Shown here in pieces: positions 1-11,100 of a stretch of 41,252 bases of DNA. The position numbers and the translations under genes are program-made. Positions within the stretch are counted from its first letter, which is position 1. Each line of letters begins with the position of its first letter. The notes beneath the pieces are model-generated. The model saw only the letters and a list, made by a program, of their open reading frames with translations, was not told where the DNA came from and made no database searches. Origin of the DNA: Nanobdellota archaeon (GTDB taxonomy: Archaea > Nanobdellota > Nanobdellia > SCGC-AAA011-G17 > JACPNG01); the NCBI GenBank assembly GCA_038046345.1, contig JBBSWJ010000020.1:14425-55676 (forward strand). Reading direction: 5' to 3'.

Positions 1-55
1 TGAGTGAGAAGTGAGTGAGAAGTGAGTGAGAAGTGAGTGAGAAGTGAGTGAGAAG
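1..55. repeat. Tandem repeat, 5 exact copies of TGAGTGAGAAG (11 bp), cut off by the window edge
   Basis: Directly readable: (TGAGTGAGAAG)x5, then GGTAA. Confidence 0.97.
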
Positions 56-102
56 GGTAAAATTGATGGCAGCAAACTGCAACTCACACAAAAGCTCAAA
101 AA

Positions 103-525
103 TTACCCAATATATTCACTTACCTTATGATTTGCGCCAATTGTTGGCATGCCTATATGGGGTGGCAGATTCAGATCCTGGGATAACATTAAGATTTTAA
201 TATTCGCTCGAATTAAGATTATGTTTAAGATATTAACTCCCCATTTTGCAGGTAATTTTTTATTCTTGTCGAATGATGCTTTGATAGTTTTTGTATCTTC
301 AGGTGACTCTACAAATGTAGCTGCACCCTCAATAGAGATCCTAGCTATGTCAGGAGAATAATCAACACGTGCTCCAAAATCAATTTCTATCACTTCACCA
401 GTTTTTCCAACTTTCTTTACTTTAACTCCTTTTATGATTATGTCTTGTTTTAACTGCATACCTTTTTGTAATTCTTTTTTCTTTTCTGCATCAAATTTTG
501 TAAATACAAAGCTTACAAGACCCAT
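103..525 (-). CDS. Conserved archaeal hypothetical protein (SecB-like fold suggested)
   Basis: 140-aa ORF starting MGLVSFVFTKFDAEKK with late NLPPHIGMPTI, a pattern I recall from a conserved archaeal family; TATA-like TATATAAA about 25 bp upstream. Confidence 0.7.
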   Translation of the reverse strand: MGLVSFVFTKFDAEKKKELQKGMQLKQDIIIKGVKVKKVGKTGEVIEIDFGARVDYSPDIARISIEGAATFVESPEDTKTIKASFDKNKKLPAKWGVNILNIILIRANIKILMLSQDLNLPPHIGMPTIGANHKVSEYIG

Positions 526-563
526 ACCATTTTTATTAAATAACCATATATAAACCTATGCCA

Positions 564-2225
564 TTACATTCTTTTTGGAGCATCCACCCCCATAAGATGT
601 AATGCATTTTTTAAAACCTGTTGAGTAGCCACAACCATGGTTAGCCTTACCTTTGTTAGCCCATCGTTGGTTGAAATAACTTTACATTCTTGATAAAACT
701 CATTAAACAAATGAGCTAGTTGATATGCATAAATAGCAATCAAGTTAGGCTTAAGTTCTTCTGATGCTTTTTTTACAACGATAGGGAATTGGTATAACTT
801 ATTAATAAGCATAATTTCTTGGGGAAGCCTTGCAAGCCCATATTCAGAGTAATCAATTTGGTTTTTTACTTTTTTTAATATGCTACACGCCCTTGCATAT
901 GCATATTGAATATACGGCGCTGCTTCGCCTTCAAATGAAAGCGCTGACTCCCAGTTAAACGATATATTTTTTTCTGGAGAAACTTTAAGTATGGCATATT
1001 TCACTGCACCATATGCAATTATCTTAGCCAAACTCTCGTTAGGCTTTTGCTTTCTAAGTTTAAGCTCTTTTTTTGCTTTTGTTAGAGCCTCGTGCATAAA
1101 CTCCTCTAACAAGACTACATCTCCCTCACGGGTGGACATTTTACCAATATTGGGAAGAGTAATATAGGCATAATGAACTACCTCCGGTGCTCTAACCCTT
1201 AGTAATGATAATGTCGCATTGATTTGAAGAGCATACAATTTTTGATCTTCACCAAGGACCACTATGTTTCTATCTTTACCAAGCTTAGCTTTCTCAAGGT
1301 TATAGGCTATATCTCTAAGCCCGTAGAGTGATGTTCCATCCTTTCTTGTTAATACAAACACCTGCTCCCTCATCGGTAATCCAAACCCCTTTAGGTCAAG
1401 TACTTTCCTCCCATGCTCATCCGTGAATATTCTCCTTGTTTTTTCTAATTTCTTTAATACTTCTTTGGTAGCATTATTCCATAAATACTCAGATTCATAA
1501 TCATATTTGTTAAACTTTATGCCTAGTTCTGAAAGTATCTTTTTTTGTCCTTTAACACATATACTAACTATCTTCTTAAATTTATTTTTTGTTTTATAAT
1601 CCCCCTGCTCAAGATTATATAATAATTTGAATACCTCTTCTTCTATTTTTTTAGATGTTTTAAGTTTTTTACTTGTGTTGATATAAATATTTAAAAGAGA
1701 GTTAAAAGTAGGTGTTTTATTTCCAGTACCATAGACTAATATTGATACCTGCTTTCCAATATCATTAACAAAGAAATGGGACTCTACAGTATAACCTTGA
1801 AATCTTAATAATCGCGTTAATGCATCCCCAATTATAGCATTTCTAGCCCGCCCTACATGTGGTGAAGAGTTTGGATTAATGGAAGTATGCTCAATTATAA
1901 CTGAATGTTCTTTTCCTATTAATGAGGAACCATAATAATCTTTCATCCTAATAACTGCACGAAGAACTATCTCATTTAATCTGGCCCTATTCACAAAAAA
2001 ATTAACATATGGCCCTTTAGGAACAATTGTTTCTATAAACTCATTAACCTTAAGTTTTTGAGATAATTCTAAAGCAACCTCTAAAGGATTACGTTTCTGT
2101 TGCCTCGATAATTGAAAACAAGGAAATGCATAATCACCAAATTCTATGTTGGTAGGTATTTCTAAAACTATCTCTTTAAGTTTAGTCTCCTTCTTTAATA
2201 TCCTAATTATTTCTTTTTCAAACAT
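564..2225 (-). CDS. argS: Arginine--tRNA ligase
   Basis: 553 aa; EHTSINPNSSPHVGRARN (HIGH-type), KMSTR, FEGEAAPYIQYAYARACSIL, C-terminal ..KRM. Confidence 0.98.
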   Translation of the reverse strand: MFEKEIIRILKKETKLKEIVLEIPTNIEFGDYAFPCFQLSRQQKRNPLEVALELSQKLKVNEFIETIVPKGPYVNFFVNRARLNEIVLRAVIRMKDYYGSSLIGKEHSVIIEHTSINPNSSPHVGRARNAIIGDALTRLLRFQGYTVESHFFVNDIGKQVSILVYGTGNKTPTFNSLLNIYINTSKKLKTSKKIEEEVFKLLYNLEQGDYKTKNKFKKIVSICVKGQKKILSELGIKFNKYDYESEYLWNNATKEVLKKLEKTRRIFTDEHGRKVLDLKGFGLPMREQVFVLTRKDGTSLYGLRDIAYNLEKAKLGKDRNIVVLGEDQKLYALQINATLSLLRVRAPEVVHYAYITLPNIGKMSTREGDVVLLEEFMHEALTKAKKELKLRKQKPNESLAKIIAYGAVKYAILKVSPEKNISFNWESALSFEGEAAPYIQYAYARACSILKKVKNQIDYSEYGLARLPQEIMLINKLYQFPIVVKKASEELKPNLIAIYAYQLAHLFNEFYQECKVISTNDGLTKVRLTMVVATQQVLKNALHLMGVDAPKRM

Positions 2226-2290
2226 AATAATGAAAAAATAGGATAATATATAAATACTTGGTTATCCTCCTGTATACCGGAGAATTGATA

Positions 2291-2548
2291 ATGTCAAGAA
2301 TATCCTCAAAAAATCGAGAAAAGATAAAACAAGAAATACTAAGATTACTATTTGAAGCTAACCTTCTCTTAATGAGCACCAAGTCTATCGCAGATGAACT
2401 AATAAGAAATGATGAGATGATATTAGTCCTTTTGACAGACCTACAAAAATTAAGGCTAATAGAAAGAGTTGGAGCATATAAAAAAAGGAGATATTGGAGA
2501 CTTACTGCACAAGCCTATCAAGAATACAAAAAATTAGCCCATTTGTAG
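2291..2548 (+). CDS. Small winged-helix DNA-binding protein
   Basis: 85 aa from ATG 2291 (the track's 2258 start is probably too early); STKSIADELIRNDEMILVLLTDLQKLRLIERV is an HTH-plus-wing pattern. Confidence 0.7.
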   Translation: MSRISSKNREKIKQEILRLLFEANLLLMSTKSIADELIRNDEMILVLLTDLQKLRLIERVGAYKKRRYWRLTAQAYQEYKKLAHL

Positions 2549-2552
2549 ATTA

Positions 2553-4415
2553 TTATAACTTATTATCAAGCTGTTTCCATACCTTCTCATAACCACTCCA
2601 ATCCATGGCATGATAAAACACTTCTTTGATGGATGTAACTGGAATAATCTTAATTTTTTTTAGCCTACTCTCCTTGATCACTATATCTTTTTCATTGGAT
2701 TTTGGTATAATCACTGATTTTAATTCTGCATCAATCGCTGCTTCAATTTTAGAAGAAACACCACCAATAGCCATAACCTCCCCCCTAACAGATAATGATC
2801 CAGTCATAGCAATCTCTTGTTTGATTGGTACTCCTTTTAAGGCAGACATAATTGCAGTAGCAACAGCAATGCTAGCAGAATCACCCTCAACACCCTCATA
2901 AGTTTGAAGAAATTGAATATAAATATCATACTTCTCTTTAATATCTTCGCCAAATGATTTGATAATAATAGCTGAAACATTTTTAATTGCTTCTTTTGCA
3001 ATCTGGCCTAACTTACCTGTAGCAATAAATTCAGCTTTTTTACCTCCTTTAACAACTTCAGATTCGATGGGTAATATAATTCCTGAAAGAGCTGAACCAG
3101 CACCAATAACAGCTAAACCATTAACTCTTCCCACTCTTTTACCGGATGTTACAATTACCTCATATTTTTTCTTATTTTCTATATACTTATCAGCAATTTG
3201 TTTCTCAAGCGGACGCGCAAGCCTTTTGGCTAGTTCTACTTCTTTTGCTGTTACTAATGGGGTATTATTCTCAACAGCTAAATCTCCTGCAGCACGTACT
3301 AATCCTCCTAGCTCACGCAAACGTAAAGTAAGCTTACTCCCCTTACCAGCCATACGTAGTGCTTCTTCAATAACTTCATTAATTGCTTCCTTAGAAAAAT
3401 GAGGTATTTTTCCATCCTTTTTTATTTCCTGAGCAATAAACTGAGCAATTTTATCACGATTTTTCAAATTATCATCCATATCAATATTCATGTAAACCTC
3501 ATAACCATAACCACGAATCCTAGATCTTAACGCTGGATGCATATGCTCGACAGTCTCAAGATTTCCAGCAGCAACCAAAATAAAATCACATGGAACTGGC
3601 TCAGAACGAGTTTGAGCACCTGAGGAACGTTCTGATTGTCCTGTTATAGGGTATTTTTTTTCTTGAATTGCAGTTAGAATCTCCTGCTGTGATCTTGGTG
3701 AAAGTGTAGCTATTTCATCTAAAAATAAAACTCCTCCATTAGCACGGTGAATCATTCCAGCAATTAAACGTTCGTATGCTGGTGTGCCTAACCCACCACT
3801 TTGAAGAGGATCATGAAGTACATCACCAAGTAAAGCACCTGATTGTGCACCCGTACCATCAATAAATGGAGAACCCTTTAGGGATGAATTATCTACTAAT
3901 AATTTAGGAATATTATGTACTTCGTTTAATTTCATACGCTTACCAAGATTGAGGAATAATAAAAATCCAACAATAAATACCATGCTTGAAAGCATAGAAG
4001 CAGAATAAACAACATCTGAAATTGATCCTTTTTTCCAAAAGAAATAAGGAATTAAACTAATTATTATTATTATACCAAATAATATTAAGTTTTGAGTTTT
4101 AAATGATGATGCAGCGGCCAATCTTTGTTTATTTATTAATGCTTTTCCTTCCCCTTTGGGTAATGTTCTAATCAAAGGAACATTTTCATCTGTTGGATTA
4201 GGAAATGAAAGAATATCAACTAAGCTTTCTGTTTTGGATAACTCAGCTATTGCCTGTCCTATCATACTTTTACCAACACCAGGATCACCAATAAGCAAAA
4301 CATTTCTTCTTTGTTTTGCAGCTTTTTTGATAAGGTTTATTGCTTCTTCTTGACCTACAACTTGCTCATTTATTTTGGATGGTATTTTAATATCTTTAGT
4401 TGAATTAAATTTCAT
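2553..4415 (-). CDS. lonB: Archaeal membrane-bound Lon protease (LonB)
   Basis: Walker A GDPGVGKS, two TM helices inside the AAA domain, Walker B LFLDEI, catalytic GDSAS and [10 protein letters not shown]. Confidence 0.97.
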   Translation of the reverse strand: MKFNSTKDIKIPSKINEQVVGQEEAINLIKKAAKQRRNVLLIGDPGVGKSMIGQAIAELSKTESLVDILSFPNPTDENVPLIRTLPKGEGKALINKQRLAAASSFKTQNLILFGIIIIISLIPYFFWKKGSISDVVYSASMLSSMVFIVGFLLFLNLGKRMKLNEVHNIPKLLVDNSSLKGSPFIDGTGAQSGALLGDVLHDPLQSGGLGTPAYERLIAGMIHRANGGVLFLDEIATLSPRSQQEILTAIQEKKYPITGQSERSSGAQTRSEPVPCDFILVAAGNLETVEHMHPALRSRIRGYGYEVYMNIDMDDNLKNRDKIAQFIAQEIKKDGKIPHFSKEAINEVIEEALRMAGKGSKLTLRLRELGGLVRAAGDLAVENNTPLVTAKEVELAKRLARPLEKQIADKYIENKKKYEVIVTSGKRVGRVNGLAVIGAGSALSGIILPIESEVVKGGKKAEFIATGKLGQIAKEAIKNVSAIIIKSFGEDIKEKYDIYIQFLQTYEGVEGDSASIAVATAIMSALKGVPIKQEIAMTGSLSVRGEVMAIGGVSSKIEAAIDAELKSVIIPKSNEKDIVIKESRLKKIKIIPVTSIKEVFYHAMDWSGYEKVWKQLDNKL

Positions 4416-4451
4416 TTAGTAGTTTTATTAGAAAGGTATAAAAATGTTTCT

Positions 4452-4733
4452 TTAAATTATATCTTCTTCAGCGACTACAATAAAATCACCTACAGCTATA
4501 ACAGAAGAGAATGGTATAATCAAATGGTTTTGATCATTTTTCTCGAGTTCTATAGAATCGGCATAACTAGTTGGCGCTCTTAAAACAATATGTAATAATT
4601 CTCCTGTCTTTGTTTCAAAACTTATATTTCCTACTTCACCGAATCTTTTTCCAGATTTAGTAACAACTGTTTTCCCTACAAGCTGTCTTGCATATCTTTT
4701 TTCTTTATCTTCTTCGCTCATTTTATAGGTCAT
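4452..4733 (-). CDS. PRC-barrel protein (COG1873/CdpB-like)
   Basis: GKTVVTKSGKRFGEVGNISFETKTGEL...IPFSSVIAVGDFIVV; SD AGGAG directly before ATG 4733 (track start 4790 is likely too early). Confidence 0.85.
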   Translation of the reverse strand: MTYKMSEEDKEKRYARQLVGKTVVTKSGKRFGEVGNISFETKTGELLHIVLRAPTSYADSIELEKNDQNHLIIPFSSVIAVGDFIVVAEEDII

Positions 4734-4823
4734 ATCTCCTTGAAATATATAAGTCTTTCTAAAATGGGATAATAATATTAATATATTCATTTAGAATCAA
4801 AATACTTGGAAACTATATTATAA

Positions 4824-5232
4824 CCCCTGTTTTTCATATGGAAATAAAAAAAATAAGATTTTATCCACCCCTCACACCATCATTTCCTGTGGAATAAAAT
4901 AATGAAAGATTTTCGGTAATTATGAATATTTTCTATTTTTGTTGAATTTTTTAATTAGTTATATAAAATCTTTTTAATAAGTATGATAATAACCTAAATT
5001 TAAAATGTAGTTATAGCCTGTAAGAACAGTTTATTTGATAGTTTAGGATAAATTTTTATTAATTTTATTTTATAAGCTTTTCTATGTTATTGTATAATAA
5101 TCTATCTTAATTTTTTAGTAATTAATTATTGTTATTTCTTCAAATGAAATGATGGTGTTAATAATCATAAAATATGAAAATCTTTCAATTTTTTTGAATA
5201 TTTTTCGGTTCCACAGGAAGTGTAGGTGGGGG
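4824..5232. other. Replication origin (oriC) with inverted ORB elements flanking an AT-rich unwinding region
   Basis: Minus-strand ORB-like TTCCATATGAAAAACAGGGG (4824-4843) and TTCCACAGGAAATGATGGTGTGAGGGG (4868-4894); plus-strand TTCAAATGAAATGATGGTGT (5139-5158) and GTTCCACAGGAAGTGTAGGTGGGGG (5208-5232); very AT-rich between; directly upstream of cdc6. Confidence 0.9.
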
Positions 5233-5274
5233 ATCATAGTAATCCTTAAATAAATCATAAAAGAAATTACTCAT

Positions 5275-6483
5275 ATGTTAAAAAAGGGGTTAAAAACATT
5301 CTTTGAGGATTATTTAGAAAAAGAGCCATTATTCATTAACAAAAAAGCATTACAAATGAGTTATACCCCTAAATATATTCCACATAGAGAAGAACAAATA
5401 GAAGCTGTTGCAAGTATACTAGCACCAAGCTTAAGAGGAGAAAGGCCAAGTAATATTTTTATTTATGGTAAGACAGGAACTGGAAAGAGTCTTACTATAA
5501 CTTATGTAACTCAAAATATTAAAGAAATAGCTCAAAAAAATAAAACACCCCTAAGGATAATCTATCTAAATTGTAAATTAAAAAGAGTGGCTGACACTGA
5601 GTATAGAATAATAGCTCAATTAACAAGAGAGTTTGGAGAACAAGTACCAGCAACAGGATTACCAACAGATGAAATATATAAATTATTTATTCAGGCATTA
5701 CAAAGAGAAAATAAGAATGTTATAATAATCTTAGATGAAATAGACCAATTAGTAAAAAAAACAGGCGATGAAATATTATATAATCTTACAAGATTAAATG
5801 GTGAATTAGAAAATACCCAAATAAGCATTATAGGCATAAGCAATGACCTATTATTTACAGATAATATTGATCCAAGAATAAAATCAAGTCTTAGCGAAGA
5901 AGAATTAGTGTTTCCACCATATAATGCATTACAATTACAAAGTATATTAAAACAAAGATCAAAATTAGCATTTAAAGAATCAATAGTAAAAGAGGGAGTT
6001 ATAGAAAAATGTTCTGCATATGCTGCAAGAGAACATGGAGATGCAAGAAGAGCTCTTGATTTATTGAGAGTAGCAGGAGAAATAGCAGAAAGAAAGGGAG
6101 CAGTAGAAATAACAACAAAACATATAGACGATGCAGAAGAAAAAATAGAAAGAGATAGAGTTGTAGACATAATTAATACTCAACCAAAACAAGTAAAGTT
6201 GACATTGTATAGCATATTTACAGTTAGCATTGAAAATAAGGGACCAATATTCACAGGAGATATATATGAACTTTACAAAGAAGCGTGTTATAAAACAGGA
6301 GTTAAACCATTAACACAGAGAAGAGTATCAGATATTATAGCCGAGTTAGATATGCTTGGAATAATTAATGCTAAAGTGATTAGCAAGGGAAGATATGGCA
6401 GAACAAGAGAAATAGGTCTTGCTATACCGCAAACAAGTATACCCAATATCAATAATTCATTAAAAGAAAGTCTTGCTTTATAG
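5275..6483 (+). CDS. cdc6: Orc1/Cdc6 replication initiator
   Basis: Walker A GKTGTGKS, Walker B LDEID, GDARRALDLLR, C-terminal wH with GRYGRT. Confidence 0.98.
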   Translation: MLKKGLKTFFEDYLEKEPLFINKKALQMSYTPKYIPHREEQIEAVASILAPSLRGERPSNIFIYGKTGTGKSLTITYVTQNIKEIAQKNKTPLRIIYLNCKLKRVADTEYRIIAQLTREFGEQVPATGLPTDEIYKLFIQALQRENKNVIIILDEIDQLVKKTGDEILYNLTRLNGELENTQISIIGISNDLLFTDNIDPRIKSSLSEEELVFPPYNALQLQSILKQRSKLAFKESIVKEGVIEKCSAYAAREHGDARRALDLLRVAGEIAERKGAVEITTKHIDDAEEKIERDRVVDIINTQPKQVKLTLYSIFTVSIENKGPIFTGDIYELYKEACYKTGVKPLTQRRVSDIIAELDMLGIINAKVISKGRYGRTREIGLAIPQTSIPNINNSLKESLAL

Positions 6484-6492
6484 GGGTAAAAA

Positions 6493-8136
6493 ATGACAAA
6501 TGAACTAGTTCAATACTTTGTAGAGAATGATTTTTTATTAAGCCCTGAAATCATTGATTTAATTAAAGATAAAAAAGAGTTTGTGGATTTAGTTAAGAAA
6601 TTTATAAAAAACAATGAAAAACTATTAGTATTAAATGATGATATTTATAATAATCTAACTCAGATGCATCAATTAATCGACTTTAATTGGAGTGAGTTTG
6701 AAAAAAGCAGATCTTATTTTGAAAAAAATAGCGATGAAAAAATTTATAGTACCTTTGTTGATATCTTATCATACAATATTGAGAAGAAAAAAACAAAACA
6801 AATTGATAAAATATTAGAAGAAATAAAACATGAACCAACAGAAGAATTTCTTTTAAAAGAAGATAATTTAAGATCAAATGTTATGATACTTAATTCATGG
6901 GACTTAGACGTAGGAAAGAGGACAGTGCAAGATTTTGTTAAACATTTTAGAGCAAGATACAATCAATTAAAAAAAATACTTGAATGCAGACCAGAATTAC
7001 AAAACTGCATAAGTATTAATAGATTGTATAATAAAAAAGATAAAGAACAAGTTGCAGTAATAGCAATGGTTGCAGATAAGTCTATAACTAAAAATGGAAA
7101 TATTTTAATTACTCTAGAAGACCTAACAGGAAAAACAAAATTACTTATTAGCAAAAATAACCCTATATTTAGTATAGGGAAAGATATTACTGAAGATGAG
7201 GTAATAGGGGTTATAGGCATAACAGGGGATAATATTATCTTTGCCAATACAATATTTCAACCTGATATACCCACAACAAAAGAATTGAAAAAATGCCCAG
7301 AGGAAGTATATGCAGGATTTATTAGTGATATCCACTTTGGAAGCAAAAAATTCCTGAAAGAAGATTTTTTAAGAATGGTAGAATGGATTAATGGAAACAC
7401 AGGCAATAACCAACAAAAAAGCATTTCAAAAAGATTAAAATATATCTTTATAATTGGTGATGTAGTAGACGGTGTTGGGATATATCCTGACCAAGATAAA
7501 GAATTAGAGATTAAGGATATAACACAGCAATATTCACTTGCAGCTGAATATCTGGATAAAATAAGAAAGGATATAAATATAATTTTATGTCCAGGACAAC
7601 ATGACGCTGTTAGGATATCAGAACCACAACCCAGCTTAAATAATGAGTACACCAAAAGTCTAAATAAAATTTCTAATCTTAAATTAGTAAGCAACCCAGC
7701 ATTAATAAACATTCATGCAAGTGAAGATTTTCCTGGTTTTGATGTGCTAATTTATCATGGAGCAAGCTACCATTATTATAATAATAATATTGATAGCTTA
7801 AGGCAATCAGGAGCTCAAAATAATCCAACTTTAGTCATAAAATACTTACTAAAAAGAAGGCATTTAGCACCAACACACGGATCATCATTGTATAGCCCTC
7901 AAACTGAAAAGGATGCAATGGTAATAGAGAAAATACCCGATATATTTGCCAGTGGTGATTCACATAGATGTGAAACAGCAATGTATAATAATATCAGCAT
8001 AATAGGGTCTAGCTGTTTTCAAGCAAAGACAGCATTTCAGGAGAAAGTAGGAAATAATCCCAACCCCTCAAGATTACCAATAATAAATCTCAAGACACGA
8101 GAGATAAAAATACTAAACTTCAGTGAGGAACAATGA
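6493..8136 (+). CDS. polB: DNA polymerase D small (exonuclease) subunit DP1
   Basis: OB fold plus phosphoesterase motifs SDIHFGS, GDVVDG, PGQHDA, YHG, RRHLAPTHG. Confidence 0.96.
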   Translation: MTNELVQYFVENDFLLSPEIIDLIKDKKEFVDLVKKFIKNNEKLLVLNDDIYNNLTQMHQLIDFNWSEFEKSRSYFEKNSDEKIYSTFVDILSYNIEKKKTKQIDKILEEIKHEPTEEFLLKEDNLRSNVMILNSWDLDVGKRTVQDFVKHFRARYNQLKKILECRPELQNCISINRLYNKKDKEQVAVIAMVADKSITKNGNILITLEDLTGKTKLLISKNNPIFSIGKDITEDEVIGVIGITGDNIIFANTIFQPDIPTTKELKKCPEEVYAGFISDIHFGSKKFLKEDFLRMVEWINGNTGNNQQKSISKRLKYIFIIGDVVDGVGIYPDQDKELEIKDITQQYSLAAEYLDKIRKDINIILCPGQHDAVRISEPQPSLNNEYTKSLNKISNLKLVSNPALINIHASEDFPGFDVLIYHGASYHYYNNNIDSLRQSGAQNNPTLVIKYLLKRRHLAPTHGSSLYSPQTEKDAMVIEKIPDIFASGDSHRCETAMYNNISIIGSSCFQAKTAFQEKVGNNPNPSRLPIINLKTREIKILNFSEEQ

Positions 8137-11100
8137 AGAATAATCAAACCATGGAAAAATATTTTGATTTAATTAATAATGAAACGTTAAAATGCTATGA
8201 ACTTGCACAAAGAGCGAGAGCTAAGGGGCATGACCCAACCAAAAGTGTAGAAGTACCACTAGCAAAGAATATGGCAGAAAGAGTAGTGGGAATAATAAGT
8301 AATGTAGCACCGCAAATAAAAGATAGTGGAGTTGTTGCAAGAATTATCGAGTTAGAACAATTATATGGCGTACAAGATTGGAGAGTAGCACTTATCTTAG
8401 CTGAAGAAGTTGCTGCTGAAAAGTTTTGTAAGTTTGAAAATAAAAACCAAGCAATGGAAGTTGGAATAAGGATAGGGTTAGCCTACTTAACTGTAGGGGT
8501 TGTTGCAAGTCCGCTCGAAGGATTTGTAAAAATGGAAATAAAAAAACGAAATGATGGTAAGGACTATATGGCTATATACTATTCTGGACCAATACGTAGT
8601 GCAGGTGGTACAGCGAGTTCTGCGTCTGTTATAATAGCTGATTATATACGCAAAAAAGCAGGTCTAGATGTTTTTGACCCAACTGAGCTAGAAATCAAGA
8701 GGATGGTAACTGAAATACATGATTATCATGATAAAGTCACGAATCTACAATATCATCCTACTGATGAAGAACTTGAGTTTTTAATTAAGAGAATTCCAGT
8801 ACAGATTACAGGAGATCCAAGTGAAAAATTTGAAGTTAGTAACTACAAAGATCTTGAACGAATGGGAACAAATAAATTACGAAATGGGGTTGCACTTGTA
8901 ATTGCGGAATGTATAAGCCTGAAAGCACCAAAAGTATGGAAGCAACTGTCTAAATGGGGTAGTGGGTTTGGACTGGAACACTGGAAATTTATTAAAGACT
9001 TTGTAGAATTACAACAAAAACTAAAAGCAAAATCCAAAGAAAAAGAAGCTAGCGATGAATTGTTAGCTCCTGACTTTTCTTATATCAAAGATATAGTAGC
9101 AGGAAGACCAGTATTAACTCATCCATTAAGAGTTGGTGGATTTAGATTACGGTATGGTAGATGCAGAAATTCAGGATTTTCAACTGATGCTATTAATCCT
9201 GCAACAATGGTCATATTAAAAAAGTATATTGCAGTTGGTACTCAACTGAAAACAGAGAGACCTGGCAAATCAACAGTTATAGCTGTTTGTGATAGGCTGG
9301 AAGGACCAATAGTTAGATTAGCAAGTGGAGATGTATTATTATTAAATACTGAAGAAGAAGCAAAGAAACATGTTTCTAAAATTGAAGAAGTAATTTTTCT
9401 TGGAGATTTATTAATAAGTTATGGAGACTTTTTGAATAGAGCACATAAATTAGTTCCATGCGGGTATAATGAAGAATGGCATAGAGAAGAATTAAGAAAA
9501 ACAGGTGATAGCGGGGTTAGTAAATTTTTAGAAAATCCTTACCAATTTGTAAGCGCAAAAGAATCAATAGAACTAAGCAAAAGATTATCAGTGCCACTCC
9601 ATCCAAGATATACATATCATTGGAAAGATATAACCATTACTCAATTAAAAACATTAATAGAATGGTACACCAAAAAAGTGGCAAGCGAGGATAGTGTAAT
9701 ATTACCCTTTAGTTATAGTTTAGTAAATGATGTTGAGGATAAGGATCCGAAAAGAGTTCTAGAACTGTTGGGTGTACCACATCAAGTGGTTTCTAAGGAG
9801 CATGTAATCATAAGCGGGGATGACGGAGCTGCATTTTCTTACTGTATGGATCGGCTTTTGGATATTGAGGTTCAGCCTAATTTAAATGTTTTAGAAATAT
9901 TAAACAAAGCAGTAGACATAATAGTCAAGGATAAGTCTGGAACGTTCATCGGTGCTAGAATGGGGCGGCCAGAAAAAGCTAAGATGAGAAAGTTGACTGG
10001 CAGTCCGCACATGCTATTTCCTGTGGGTAGTGAGGGAGGCAAAATGAGGGATTTTCAAGCAGCATTAGTAAAGGGCAGAGTAAGTGCAGACTTTCCATTA
10101 AGATATTGTATAAAGTGTGATAAAAAATGTGTGTATGATTTATGTATTGATTGCGGTGGAATATCACAACAACAATATTACTGCAGGCAATGTGATGAAA
10201 CTTCACCTAAAAAATGTGAGCTACATGGCGATGGAGTAAATTATAAATTTCAACAAATTGATATAAATAAAATATTTTTGGATGCAATTAAGAAGATTGG
10301 GTTTGATAAGTATCCTAAGATGATTAAAGGAGTTAGAGGAATGAGTAATACCAATAAAGAGTTTGAGCATTTTGTAAAGGGGGTTATAAGAAGTAAATAT
10401 AACCTTTTTGTGAATAAAGACGGAACAATAAGGTATGATATGACCGAGATGCCGCTTACACATTTTAAACCATGTGAAATAAGAACGTCAGTTGAAAAAT
10501 TAAAAGAATTAGGTTACGATAAAGATATTTATGGAAAAGATGTTGTAGATGATGATCAAATAATTGAGTTAAGATGCCAGGATGTGATTCTCCCAGCATG
10601 TCACAATTCACTTGAAGAGCCTAGTGATGATGTGCTGCTGAGAATAACCAAATTTATTGATGAACTTTTAGTTGGGTTGTATGGATTAGAAGGTTATTAC
10701 AATCTTAAAAGTAAGGACGAGCTCATAGGGCATTTGATTGTTGCGATGAGCCCTCATACAAGTGCAGGGATAGTTGGAAGAGTGATTGGATTCTCAAATA
10801 CACAGGGGTTTCTTGCGCATCCATTATTTCATAGTATCATGAGGAGGGATTGTGATGGTGATGAAGCATGTGTCATATTGCTATTAGATGTCTTACTAAA
10901 TTTCTCTCGTAAGTTTTTGCCAAATCATAGAGGGGTGACACAGGACGCACCATTAGTGTTAACGTCTTGCTTAATCCCAAAAGAGGTGGATGATATGGTC
11001 TTTGATATGGACATAGTAAGCAGTTATCCACTTGAATTGTATTATCTTGCTCAAGATTATAAACTTCCTGTTGAAATAAAAATAAAAAGATTGGGAGACA

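Noticed and set aside
1-55. CRISPR array
   Set aside because: Contiguous 11-bp units with no spacers; no cas genes in the window.
5175-5187. Equating the new palindrome with the Sulfolobus UV-response ANTTTC motif
   Set aside because: The exact copies do not consistently have A two bases before TTTC; used only as a precedent.
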